DNA from: Camelus ferus
Taxonomy: Eukaryota
Reading direction: 5' to 3'
DNA: 64,000 nt
Assembly (NCBI RefSeq): GCF_009834535.1
Contig: NC_045698.1
Coordinates: forward strand, 15,440,001 to 15,504,000
Shown: positions 11,692 to 23,984 of the stretch, in pieces
Position numbering within the stretch: position 1 is the stretch's first letter
Layout: every line of letters begins with the position of its first letter
Made by a program: the position numbers and the translations under genes
Notes under the pieces: generated by a model
Database searches by the model: none
What the model was told of the DNA's origin: nothing
The model's input: the letters and a program-made list of their open reading frames with translations, nothing else

Positions 11692-12108
11692 TGAAGGAAT
11701 ATAAAGCAAACTAACAAATGGGCTTCCCTGATGGGAAACTGTTGATTCATTCTTTACTGAGAATAGCTTTAACCCAGAGGCTATGCTCCAGGAAGGAGAT
11801 AATGGGCTGATGATCTCAGAAGAATGGACAGACCCTCTGGAGTTCCTCCTGAAGATTCATTGAGGTTAAGAGGAATGTAGCACCCTGTAAAAAGCCCTGA
11901 TTGCTATCACCTTTTCTGTTCCATCCAGTTTTTCTATAAAACCTCAAGACCCCAACCCCAAGATGTGCTCACAGTCTTTAAGGCAGTAGCCTGCTCTGAC
12001 TCCCTTTGACCACAAAGCAATAAAGCTGCTCTATCCTTTGCTCCCAAAACTCTTCCTCCGAGTTTAAATTCGCTTTTCGGGGTGCAGAGGCTGAATTTTC
12101 AGTTAACA
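11692..12108 (+). mobile_element. ERV1-like solo LTR (417 bp)
   Basis: TG...CA termini, exact 4-bp TSD CTGC, tctataaa near 11934, AATAAA at 12019-12024. Confidence 0.88.
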
Positions 12109-12855
12109 CTGCCCCACCTGGTAAGATGCTTTATCCCACGATTGAGAGCTGAGGAGCGAGGAGCCATGTTTTCTCAACCATATCGTCCAGAAAGGATTCT
12201 CTAAAAGACACGCTGGAAGACGGGAGTGGAAAGGGGGGAGCAGGTCAAGTGCCAAACTCTCTTGCTGTTCTTATCATGTTTTAATAGATCTTCTTGAATG
12301 AATGTTTCATTTGCTGTACACTTTTAGGATATTTTCCAGAGACAGTAAATGGTTGTTTGTAATTTAAAAATAATAATAATAATCGCCATTTATGCTTGCT
12401 TCACTGGGGAGTGTGTCCGCAGAGCTTCTCATGCTGCCGTTGCTTCAGTAGAACCTCCCCCAGTTTTTGGAATTCCCTTCTTCTGTTTCCTTCACTCCAA
12501 TTAAACTGCAGGCTAATTTTTAAAGCTCATCTTTATGTACATTGTTGCAGATCTCAGCAGTGAATAGATCCTTTCTGATGCCCCATAGTACTCAAATGTT
12601 ATGCAGATTTTGGCAAATGTAAGACAGCTTACATACTCTCTGTGCCTGTGATTGTCTTTTTTACCCAAGGCCCTTTAAATTTCTTGAAGCCAACTTTACT
12701 GATCTCTGTGTTGCCAAGGACCTGGAATGTTAATTGCAATTAGCATCTGCAACTTAAATATTATATTGAATTCAATGCACAGACTTAATCTATCTATATA
12801 ATAGTTAAATATATTTACTTTAAGGCAATGTATGTAGGGCTTTAAGAATGTCTTA

Positions 12856-12973
12856 TTTAGGACAGCCAACTCTTCCTGGTTTGCTGAGGACTTTCTCGGT
12901 GTTAGTACTGAAAGTCTTGAGGTCCAAAAGATTTCACAGTTCCAGACAAAACTGGGGCAGTTGATCACTTCTA
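12856..12973. mobile_element. MER94-like hAT-Blackjack element
   Basis: agccaactcttcctggtttgctgaggactttctcggtgttagtactgaaagtc...agttgatcact matches the recalled MER94 layout. Confidence 0.7.
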
Positions 12974-13284
12974 GTTAATACTTGCAGCATATGTTATAAT
13001 TTATAAAGTTGATTCGAACAGAATCTACATGCAATGAATCACTGTATACACATGGGTCATTTTTAATTGTAATTTTAAGTTTTTTTCTGGTATTATGTTT
13101 AAAAACTCAAGAACTTACATATTGCATGCATAAAATAATGTACCTAGCTCTGTTTTATCCTTCTATGTATCTATCAGTCAAAATCCAATATCTTGGAAGG
13201 TGAGTAAGCAAATTTCATTTATTTAGTCATTTCAGTCTAACACTGACATAGAGTTTGTGTTCCATAAATCAACCACCAGTGAGA

Positions 13285-13515
13285 GGCAAAGAAATATAGC
13301 ATGAAGAACATTAAATTTTCGGACAGAGAGAACTAGGGTGATAGACCAGTTTTTTTCACTTACTCTGTGCAATTAGATTAAGGAATCTTTCTCTCTAATG
13401 CCTGTTCTTCTTGTCTTCTGTAAAATTTGGAAAATAATACCTGCCTAGCTGTGTAGTAAGTGTTGAACAGATGAAATGAGATGAGATACATGTACCTACA
13501 TGTAGAATCATGCAT
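13285..13515 (+). mobile_element. MIR SINE
   Basis: cacttactctgtg...ttctgtaaaatttggaaaataatacctgcct...agatgaaatgagatgaga. Confidence 0.6.
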
Positions 13516-15987
13516 CTGGCGTGTGTACATTTATGTATGTGTGTGTGTAGCCTTTCCTCCCTCTCTCTTTCAATATGATTATTTGTATTACTTTTCTGTT
13601 AAAAAAAAAAACTCTTCCTAACAACTGTATGCTTTGTTCTAGAACCAAGTTGTGACGTATGTAGGCTTCAACTTTAAAATATTGGAACTACAAAGCCCCC
13701 ACAACCCTCTGACATACAAACCATGAAATATAGCCCCTTGAAGTACAAAATACGGGCTCAATTGTGTTTGGTTCTCATTCACTATTTTCTGGCATCTAGT
13801 TTTTACCTCCATCACCCTGTGATATTTGGAACTCCCTTTCTCCAAATGTTATCATCTCATAAAGCTTACTGCCATCTTATGCTGGTCAGATGCTTAGTGC
13901 TAGGTCCTGGCATCTTCCTAAGGTCCTACCTTTGTGTGACTGGCTGACCCCTGTGCCTGACTGAGTGACAGACAGGAGACGGCCACCATTTTCTGTTGTG
14001 ATATTTTGCCCACTCTAGTGACTAGGAGACATTGGTAAGAAATAACCATCAGTGAACTGACAATCAACTCACTCCTACATTTCCTGGATATTTTCAGAGA
14101 AGACACAACCAGGTTCTAAAACATCTAGATCAGTTTCAGGAGAAACACCATCCCAGAGTAAGCCATCACTTGTTTGCTCTGGGTTTGCTGCAGTCAACAT
14201 CCATTCTAAGGGTAGATAAATATTTTCATTGCAATTGATTACACCAGTATAATATAAACTGTCTAATTTGGCCCATCTCACCAGTTTAAATGAGCAAAAC
14301 CTTTAGATACAGATTGCATTTCAATCATCTTATACTTATTTGGTGAGTACATAAGATTCAAATAAAAAAAGATGTTTATGATCTATATATAATGCTGCAA
14401 ATCTATAGTTCATAGAAATATGCACAGTGACTGTTGCTAAGAAACCTGTTTTAACAAGTGAATGGAAGTCAAAAATTAATGCTTGACAAAGAACAATTTT
14501 ATTACTTTTCTATAAATGAGTTTTCAGAAATGCCTTAAAAAGTTTTATTCTCTTCATTAGGTAAGCATTCCCTTTAAAACTGTTTCTTTTAATTTGCCTA
14601 ATAACTTTTTCAGAGTTAATGGAAAAGCTAACTTTGACCCTCTTCCAATTTGCCAACACATTTTGCAAAAAGTACTTGACGGTACAGAGTTCCGTTAAAA
14701 GTATTACATCTCATTCTTTAAGTGATAACAACATAGGAATAATGACTCAGGTCGAGGTAAGAAATATTATTTTGTTCAGGTAATAGTAATAGATCAAAAT
14801 CTCTTCACCTCTTATTCACTAATGTTTGATTTTTTTTTTAATTTTTTCTTTTTATTTGGTCTGGTAGCAGGTAGCTAAATGAAAGTAAACTCAATTCAAT
14901 TTATTTCTATAAACATTTTACTGAGGACTTAAGCCACATACAACACTTAGATTGTAATTGCTTCATCAACATCACAATTTAAATAGGTTTTCTCAGGAAT
15001 CCCAATATGTTTCTAACTTTGTTAAATAGTAGTTGCTAATTTCCTAGGTGTTTCTTTAAATTTCTTTTTTCCTAATCATCCTTCTCATCCTTACTTTCCT
15101 CATAGCAGAATTAAGTTAAATTTCAGTTTAGACAGCTTTCTTTGTTTGTTTTAAATGTTTAATGAGAAATTCAGCACTTGATCAAATTACTAAATTAATA
15201 AAAGCACAACTTTTGTCTCCTTAAATTCCATTTGGAGGCATATAATATGAGTAAAACAGAACTCTAAAGAAAAAGAAATACACACAGTCACCTGTGCAAA
15301 GTGTTTAGAATAGTTGCAGGTATATAATAAGGCCCATAGTTATCATATCTTAAAGAATCAAATATTGTACATTTTTTACTGATTTGTTTGGACTTTCTAT
15401 TTTGTTCAATAAGCTACTGAAAGCTATGAAATTTTATTTGTATTTTCAACAATTCTAGAATTACAAAGCAACTCAAAAACCTAGATAAATATTTCAATTA
15501 ACTTTTAGCAGCAGAGGAATTAGAACTTTGACCTTTAGAATCTGGATGCTTCTGTTCAAATCATTTTCCCATCCTTACTGAAAGCACAATTGGATCTTCC
15601 TGAGCCTCAGTTTCTCCCTCTATAAAATAATAGCTGTGATTAAGCAACTCTGAACAAGGAGCTCAGCCCTAAGACATACACCAAGAAGTTACTATGATGT
15701 CACTATATGTCATTAGTTAATTGCCACTGAAGCAAACAAAGGTAAACTTGGTCATCTTGGTACATGTTCTTTGCAACAACTCCTTTTATATTGATTGTCA
15801 GTGAATTGGTCATTTGAAGAGAAAAGTAAAATAAGTTTATTCACAAAAGAATTTCTAATTCTGCATAGTGAGTTAAATTCTCCATCAACAATTTCTGAAA
15901 TGAGTTACTCTTAGTTAATCATTCAGTTAGCATAAATGTAGAGAGAATGCTATTTTTCACAGTGCAAACAAAATAAGCGGGGTAGAC

Positions 15988-16506
15988 TGTGAGGCCATCT
16001 GGAACCCTTCAAAGTCCTATGACCCCCATCCCTGGGCCCCCAGATGTCCGCCTGCAGCCCCTCTAAAGATAAAGTACATTCTTTTCAGATGTGTGTTTGC
16101 CATAGCAGAACTAATAGCCCTAGGAAATGGCTACTTTCACAATAGCTCAGGCTGGTTTGTTTCAACTCATGTCTCCTCCTTATTGAAGTCATAAATCCCA
16201 CTGCCCCTTCATGGACCCATAACTTTCTCATCTCATCATCAACCAATCAGCAAACTATGCACAAATGGATCATGCACCCTGTGACTACCTTTGTGCCTGG
16301 TGTCACGTAAGCACAAGGGGTTAAAGGTTACCTTCCCTTATAAAAGACCTCAGCAACCGACCCTTGGTGCGCACACAGGCACCTCCCGTCTGTGTGGCCC
16401 GCTGTTGTCTGTGGCAGTCTACCTAATAAGCTTTTCTTTCACTTTGCTTTGTTTCTGATAAATTATTTTACCACCCACAGTACCAGCCTGCCTTGCCCCC
16501 ACAACA
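15988..16506 (+). mobile_element. ERV solo LTR (about 519 bp)
   Basis: TGTGAGG...ACAACA termini, TSD-like tagac/tatac, cttataaaa TATA near 16338, aataag poly(A)-like signal, GC-richer than flanks. Confidence 0.75.
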
Positions 16507-18699
16507 TATACTAGTAAAGGTATTTCCTTTCTTCAATATTGTCAACTACAAAGACAATCTCACTGTAAGAAGGAGATTCTGATGGATGAATGACATGATA
16601 AGAGCATGTCTGAAGCTTATGTGCACTTGATTGTTTCAATGGAGGTGGATTTTGCTGAGTTTCCCGGCAATGGCTAAGCAGGAGGATCAAGGGGAGATTA
16701 TAGATATGCGGACCAAGTCACTGATAAATAACTCAGAAGTAGCATTACAAAAATCTGAAAATGAGGTGGACACGAACTCAACTTTTCTCTTTACCTTTGT
16801 GCACACAATTCTATTCCCACCAGTAGAATAGTTTCTCACCCTCTATGTCATCTCCTTCATCCAATACTTTGAGAATGTATATTTTGTAGAAAAATCCTTT
16901 ATCACCTGTATTTCTTGCAAATATATTAAAATTCACAATGTGAATGTTAAAGGAAAGAGATAAGGTAAGCAGTGCTCAAAAAGGATTAACTATTTTATCT
17001 TAATACATGTATTATATAACATTATGGATAAAGAGCTTTCTCCCAATTGCTGTCAGAATCTTCAATATTTTCTAAGAAAACAGTCCATAAAAATAAAATA
17101 TTTTGTTTTCTGTTAAATAGTTAAAAACTAGAATATGAATGATTAGAGCTATATCAAACAAGAAATTGGACTCAACATAAGGACTCAACATTTTCAAACT
17201 CATCTTAAAAAAACAAGTGTGTTAGTCTCTTTATCAGAAACTATCTTTTATGAATTATTTAATTAATTCTAAGTGGCAATTACAGCTGGCATTTAATAGC
17301 CAGGACTAAGTACTGCTAAAATAAATACTGTAAATTTTTTAGATTATTTGAAAGTATACAGAGAACATAAGTGTACAAAGAATCCAAAAAATGTTAAATA
17401 AAAAAAAAATAGGGAGATTGTGTACAAATGGTAGACATAGAAAGAAAAAGCAGAGAGAACATAATATTGCAAAAGATTTCAAGGAAGCTCCAGGAAAAAA
17501 AATAAATAAAAAAGAACGTGGAATTTAGACACTGCCGTGGTAGCTAAATGTGTTAATATGTGGAGAGTTTGCCCTATTTGACTTTTTCACAGCTGTGCTG
17601 TACACTTAGCGTTCAAAGGGCTCTCTAGAGAATTGTTTTTTGAAGCCGATTTTTGTATGGTGTCTACTTGCAAATGTACTGATGGGATTTAGTTTCCATT
17701 AACTCCATTTATAGAAACTAAAGAACTAAGAAGCCGTTTTACAAAGAAACAAAAAAAAAAAAAAAAAAAAAAAAGAACAAAAAGAAAAGCATATTGTTAA
17801 CTACATTGTGCTAAAATAGCAGAGATTAAGACCTAGGAAGATTATATCCAAACACCCAGGTCTACAAACTCTTAAAAAATAAAAAGAACTAATGTACTTA
17901 TATACCTAGGACTGAATCTGTATCTGCCTATAATCAGTTAAAAAACACAAATGCATACATACACATACAGAAATATTCTCCATTTCATTGGCTCATTGCT
18001 TTCTATATTAGGATAAATATATTACATCAAGAACATTTTAAAATTAAATTAAGTTTCATACAGTATTTGAGAGAAGAAGGAAGTATTTTTAACTCTCAAG
18101 TGGTCGTTCATTTTCTGCATTTTGCAGGCGGTAGTTATAAAAGTGAATACATACTCACGCAATAAGCCAAAAATGACAGATACTGTTAGTTATATGGTGT
18201 CTTTAGCGAGTATGAAAGGCATGAGAAAGACAATACTGAGAGGAAGAAAGAGAAGTGAGTTAGAATAGGCAATGAGGATACACGTGGGTTTGCCTAAAAT
18301 CACAGACGTTTAGGATGAAGGGGATGAAACAGAGAGTGAGATACTGTATTAACTGGGCAAAATTTGATCGTGTGAACAAAAGTAAAGAGAAAGGCTGAAT
18401 TTTGATGACCCTCATTTTTAGATTTCTCAAAGCTAGTTCTGAGTTTTGGAATTTATCAGGTTTGCTTATCTGTAATTTCCCCTCTTCTCCCTGGGTAGCC
18501 ACTGCTCAGAAACTCAGCAGAAGTTAGAATCACTGAGACAATATATATAAGCACCAGACATGCTGTTATCAAGTAATTCATGCAACATAATCTCCCTTTT
18601 ACAACGAGATATTAACTGTAGTTGACAATATTAAAGAAAGGCAAACCTTTTGTTATTTATTTTTGTTTGCACTGTAAAAAAAATAGCATTCTTAAAACT

Positions 18700-19730
18700 A
18701 AACAGTATGAAAATAAACAATCCAGTTAAAAATGAGGCAAAGACCTTAACAAATATCTTATCAAAGAAAATATGCTGACGGCAAATAAGCACATGAAAAG
18801 ATACTCCCATTATATGTCATCAAGGAAATGAGAACTGAAACAGTAATGAGGTACCACTACATACATACTAGAATGGCCAAAATCCGGAACACTGACAACA
18901 CCAAATGCTGATAAGGATGTGGAGCAACAGATCCTCTCATTCATTGCTGGTGGGAATGCAAAATGGTACAGCCACTTTGGAAGAGAGTTTGGTGGCCTCT
19001 TACAAATCTAAACATACTCTTACCCTATGATCCCACAACTGCACTCCTTGGTATTGACACAAAGGAGTGAACAATTTATGTCCACATTAAAAACTTGTGC
19101 ATGGATACTTATACAGCTTTATTAGTAATTCCTAGGACCTGAAAACAATCAAGATGTTCAGTAGGTGAGTGGATAAATAAACTGAGGTATACCCAGATGA
19201 CAGACCATTATTCAGCACTAAAAATATGAGCATCAAGCTATGACAAGATATGGAGGAAGCTTTATGCATAATTTTAACGGAAAGATGCCAATTTGAAAAG
19301 ACTACATACAGTATGACTCCAACTATAAGACACTGTGGAAAATCTGAACTATGGAGACAACAAAAAGGTCAGGGATTGGTGGCGGGGAGGGATGAATTGA
19401 CAGAAAGAGGATTTTCAGGGCAGTGAAAATACTTTGTATGATATTATAATCATGGATATATGTCATAAGAAGCTTATTCAAATCTATTGGCTGTACAACA
19501 CCAAGAGTGAATTCTAAGGTTAACTATGGACTCTGGATGATTATGATGTGTCAGTGTAGGTTCATCACTGTAATAAATGAACCACTCCGGTGGCAGATGT
19601 TGATAATGGGGGAGGCTCTGCATGTGTGGGGGGCAGGGGGTATGTGTGAAATCTGTGTATGTTTTCTCAGGTTTGCTGTGAACCTAAACTGCTTGAAAAG
19701 TATAAAACCAATAAAAATTTGTAAAATATA
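18700..19730 (+). mobile_element. Old L1 (L1MC-like) ORF2 end plus 3'UTR
   Basis: gctggtgggaatgcaaaatggtacagccactttggaag, aactatggactctggatgattatgatgtgtcagtgtagg, tttgctgtgaacctaaactgc. Confidence 0.9.
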
Positions 19731-20379
19731 AAACATTTATACCAATACTCCATTTAATCCTCACAAATTTTTTACTATTTAATTCAGTTAATATTTAAAA
19801 TTATATGTGTTGCTCTAGGATGCCACTTGATAAGTGGGTCCTCTGTTTCCTTCCCACTCTCTAAGCTTGTTTTGTAGTTGAGTTTAGATTTTTGTCCACA
19901 TAACACAATTTCTGGTGGATTGGAAAGGGCCCTCAAATGAAAACCAGCTACTTTGATAGCTTCTTAATCCACAATGAAAAAAATCAATTCTGATTGACTA
20001 CAAAAATGATTCCAAAAGTGTATTGAACAGACCAGATTTGGGATATAAGATAATTTTAAGTGCAATTCATATGGACATTTATATTTTAACAGTTTCAATT
20101 ATTTTATTTATTACTTTCTACTTATGGTAATTGATAATGGTTTTCTACTTATTAATCAGTTTCACTACTTGATCTTAAGTGATGGGTTTTAGTTGGACAT
20201 ATCATCAAACAAAAGGAGGTAACATGAAAAATAAACTATTCAATTTGTTCTATTAAATACTACAATTTTAAATTTATACCTGGAAGTTTATATACATAAA
20301 ATAGATTTTAGTTTACATTATCAGTCTCTTATCATCCAACACTTCTTACACGGTGTGAGTTTAAAACTAAACTGTCCAT

Positions 20380-20617
20380 CCCCAACCCTTAATTTATCCC
20401 CCTCCAGCCCCCTGGATTAACAGACTCAAATTTATACTTTATGTAAAATAGATACAACAAGGACCTACTGTATAGTACAGGGAACTGTATTTGATTTCTT
20501 ATAATAACATATAAAGGTAAAGAATCTGAAAGCAAAAAACATAAATATATATGTGTATGTATAACTGAATCACTTTGCTATACACCTGAAACTAATATTA
20601 TAAATCTACACTTAAAA
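20380..20617 (+). mobile_element. Short artiodactyl L1 3' end with a 5' inversion of about 33 bp
   Basis: caaggacctactgtatagtacagggaact...ataactgaatcactttgctatacacctgaaactaa. Inverted 5' piece and 17-bp TSD. Confidence 0.85.
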
Positions 20618-21736
20618 AAAGCTGAACTGTCCATTTTCTTATTTTATACACAAAAATAATTTGATTAAATTTTATTTTGAAATTTATTCGTAGGATAACT
20701 AAGATTTTTACATGTTTGGAACAAAAGAGAAGTAGCACATACTGAGCAAAATTATCCATGAAAATCTCTCTGTAACTTAAATCACTTATATCCAAAACAA
20801 ATGTTAATTTCCAATGTCACTGAAGAGTCACCTGTTTTAAATTTCGTTTCTTAAGCGACTGCTGCTGTGAGAATCCCCACCTCACTAATGTCAGTACATG
20901 TATTACACTCTTACTTGACTCGACTGGAAGTCATTCCCATGAACGATATAGTAAGAGTGTCAAAGGATACAGAATATTAGAGTCAGGAAATCAGCGTATC
21001 TAAAGGCAAAGGCTAGAATAAGTAAAGGAAACAATAACTAGAAGTTAAGCTCAGGGCAAGGAGGGGACAGGACACAATATGTCTGGGGACATTACACTTA
21101 ACTAAACCTTTCTTCTAAACTGTGTTGGTCCTTGGTTAATGCCATTGCTTTCTGGCTGTTTGCTATGCTCGGTGATAATAAAGTAATAATATTAATAAAA
21201 TACCTCCTTGTATGGAACAACCTAGTCTTAAATTAATACCTTGCACAGTAACCCTGTGAAAAGACGGTAAAGCACTGGAAAACAAAACAGAGTATACCTA
21301 CCCACGCCAAGGAATTCATCATTTGGATGCTCGTTTTTTCTAACATATTTTTACTCTCATTCTTAAGTGAGCAAACATGTTTTCAGACCAAGAAGAGATG
21401 ATTCATACCTCAGATTCCACAACTGACATGATTCAAGTTTACTGTTTACTCCAAGGGCATGGAAGTAAGACAACTTTCATGCTGATTCTAAAGCACCCCC
21501 GTCTTTTGACACCCCCTCACGGGGATCAGTTAGATCCATCTGTGCCCGCAGCTTTAGTGAGTCCGGCTGCTGCCATTAAAGTAAGACTAGGGGTGCTCCT
21601 TTACTTCACATGAGGTAGCACTTATCCGACACTAGCTTCCGTGACATTAAGAAATAAATAAAAATTAAAACTTAGGCTTGTAGCTGGAGAATTTCTGTGA
21701 TCTGTAGCCTTCCTTTATTCTTCACACTGGGGCCTT

Positions 21737-21881
21737 TTTTTTTTTTTTTTTTTTACCATTTTTGTTTTGTATTTTGGAGGGCAGGTAATTATGTTTACTT
21801 ATTTTATTTAACAGGGGTACTGGGGATCAAACCTATGACCTCGTGCATGCTAAGAGTTCATTCCACCGCTGAGCTCCCCCC
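21737..21881 (-). mobile_element. tRNA-Ala-derived camelid SINE (Vic-1-like)
   Basis: Reverse complement has A-box agctcagcggtgga, B-box ggtttgatcccc, taattacc body and A-tail. TSD tcacactggggcctt / tcacactaaggtctt. Confidence 0.8.
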
Positions 21882-23730
21882 TCACACTAAGGTCTTGATT
21901 CTAATCATTTAGAAGTTTGTAATTCTTACCTTATCTTTACTAGGTTTTTTTTTTTAATTTATAGACTCTGATTTTTTGGTTTTTAAGTATTTCATTAAAA
22001 TAATATTTTATTAATATTTTGACCTCATCATACTTTTATCAGTATTCAGGAATAGAACATAGAGGAAATCAAACAACTTAGCATAGTCTCTAAGGCATCC
22101 GGTCCCACTATGTCCCCAGATTCTCATCCTTGGAACTGTAGAGTTTCCATTCATATTTATTTACCTTTTTCTCACTTTCTTAACAACCTTCAATATTTCT
22201 TCCATTCTGTTTATATTCTTGAAATTACCTGTAAATCTATACACCAGGCACCTTCCACTTTCACAGTTACCAACAGCACATTCAGGGTGTTCAGGAACAA
22301 GACTGATGATTGATGGCAGGGTAACGTATAACAACCACTAATGGGACAGATTGTTGAGAAAGCCCCTGTGAACACTGGTGATCAATACACTTGTCTGGAG
22401 TTGAAGTGAGAGTGAATCACGTTGTAATATGTGCATGTAGAACAACTTGAACCCAACAGGAAACCATCCAACAGTCAACCTATTTTTCTTCCCTTTCCCA
22501 AGATGAATGTGCTCTCAGGGCTCTCTCTTGATCACAGACATGCTTCAAGAAAGAAAGTCCTCAGGCCACCTTGGGGGATGGATTCAGATAAATACAATGA
22601 ACAGAGCTCCCAAGCCATTTCCTGAGATTTTCCTCTATGCTAGGAATGTGTTGAGGCCACTGCTGAATGGTCAATCCTTTGTTTTTTAATCAGTAAGTAC
22701 ACCACGGCTTAAAATCTTATGAGATATGTGTCTGTGTATTTTCCCTCTGTCAACAGAGCAGTGTTTTGCTTTAAAAGCCAACAATATGTTCTCTGGTTTG
22801 GTTTTTCTATACTTAGCTTCAACCCTTTAGAATGGGGAGATTCAGGACAAATCACATGTTTCTCTCCCTTTTCTTTCTTCTTCTTTTTTGTTTTTTTATT
22901 TATCTGTTTTCCAGTACTTGTAGGCATGTGGCATGTGGCAAGGATTACGCATACAGAAGAAGCAAATTTGAATCAAAACAAGTCTGAGTCTATGTTGTAG
23001 GATGCATGCGTAAGTGAGGAAAAGGGGAAACCCCGCCGCTTGCAGCAGTAAGTAGTGCAAGTGGCATTTATGGGTTTGGGTGGGTTTTAGGGGGGCAGTA
23101 TTTTCTTACACTTTCTACTCTACTGATTGCTTTGTTGACTTACTACCCAGCAGCCTTATGTCAGTAAGGAACTCCTTGCAAAGTCTGGGCTTTGAGCGAC
23201 TCCACGATTCACCTCACCTTAGGAGTGACTCAAACTGTGCTTCCATCAGCAGATACAACTATCACAGTGAAAAAAATGAACTGCAAATTAAAAGTGGTAA
23301 AACTATCTTTTTTAAAGCCGTAACTCTGGGTAGGGGACACAGATTTTAGAGTAATAATGCCTTCTATATCTACGATAATTCAGGCACGGTGAAAGTATCT
23401 TACTAAACTTATTCATGAGGATCATCCATTTAGATTGCATTATTAAATATCTTTTATGGGTAAAAAATCGATGTTGGTTAGCTTGAGTGACAAGTCCAAC
23501 AGCACATCACTGTTCAACTGTTACAGGGATTGCTAGCACATATTTTGGTTCAAATCCTATGATTTTTCCTCTATTCTTATACTTACCATGTAAAGTTATT
23601 ACACTTGCAAGCATTATGTTCATTGCATGAACTAACTCCTTCACGCAAGCCCAGTCAGAGTTTTGTATTGTTCTCCTTTGTTTTCTTTCTCTTTCTGACA
23701 CACAGAATAGAAAACGTCTATTTTTCTTAC

Positions 23731-23984
23731 CTAACGGCACTGCTGCCCACATCGAGGTCCTGGGCAGTGACGGCACCGATGATGGTCCCCACTGGAGTGT
23801 CTTCGTAAACTTCCATGGTGTACAGCGGTTTGCTGAAAACCGGCGGCTCGTCCACATCCAGGACGCTGATCTTCACTGTGGCTGTGTCTTTAAAAGGGCC
23901 CGCCGAGTGAAACCGGTGGTCAAGGTGAAGGTTGGAGGCCTCTACTTTAAAAGTATAAGCCTTCTTTGTCTCAAAATCTAATGG
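23731..23984 (-). CDS. CDH12: Cadherin-12 internal coding exon (254 bp, phase 0/2), end of EC3 and start of EC4
   Basis: [84 protein letters not shown](R). Acceptor ctacag|CC, donor TAG|gtaaga. Confidence 0.97.
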
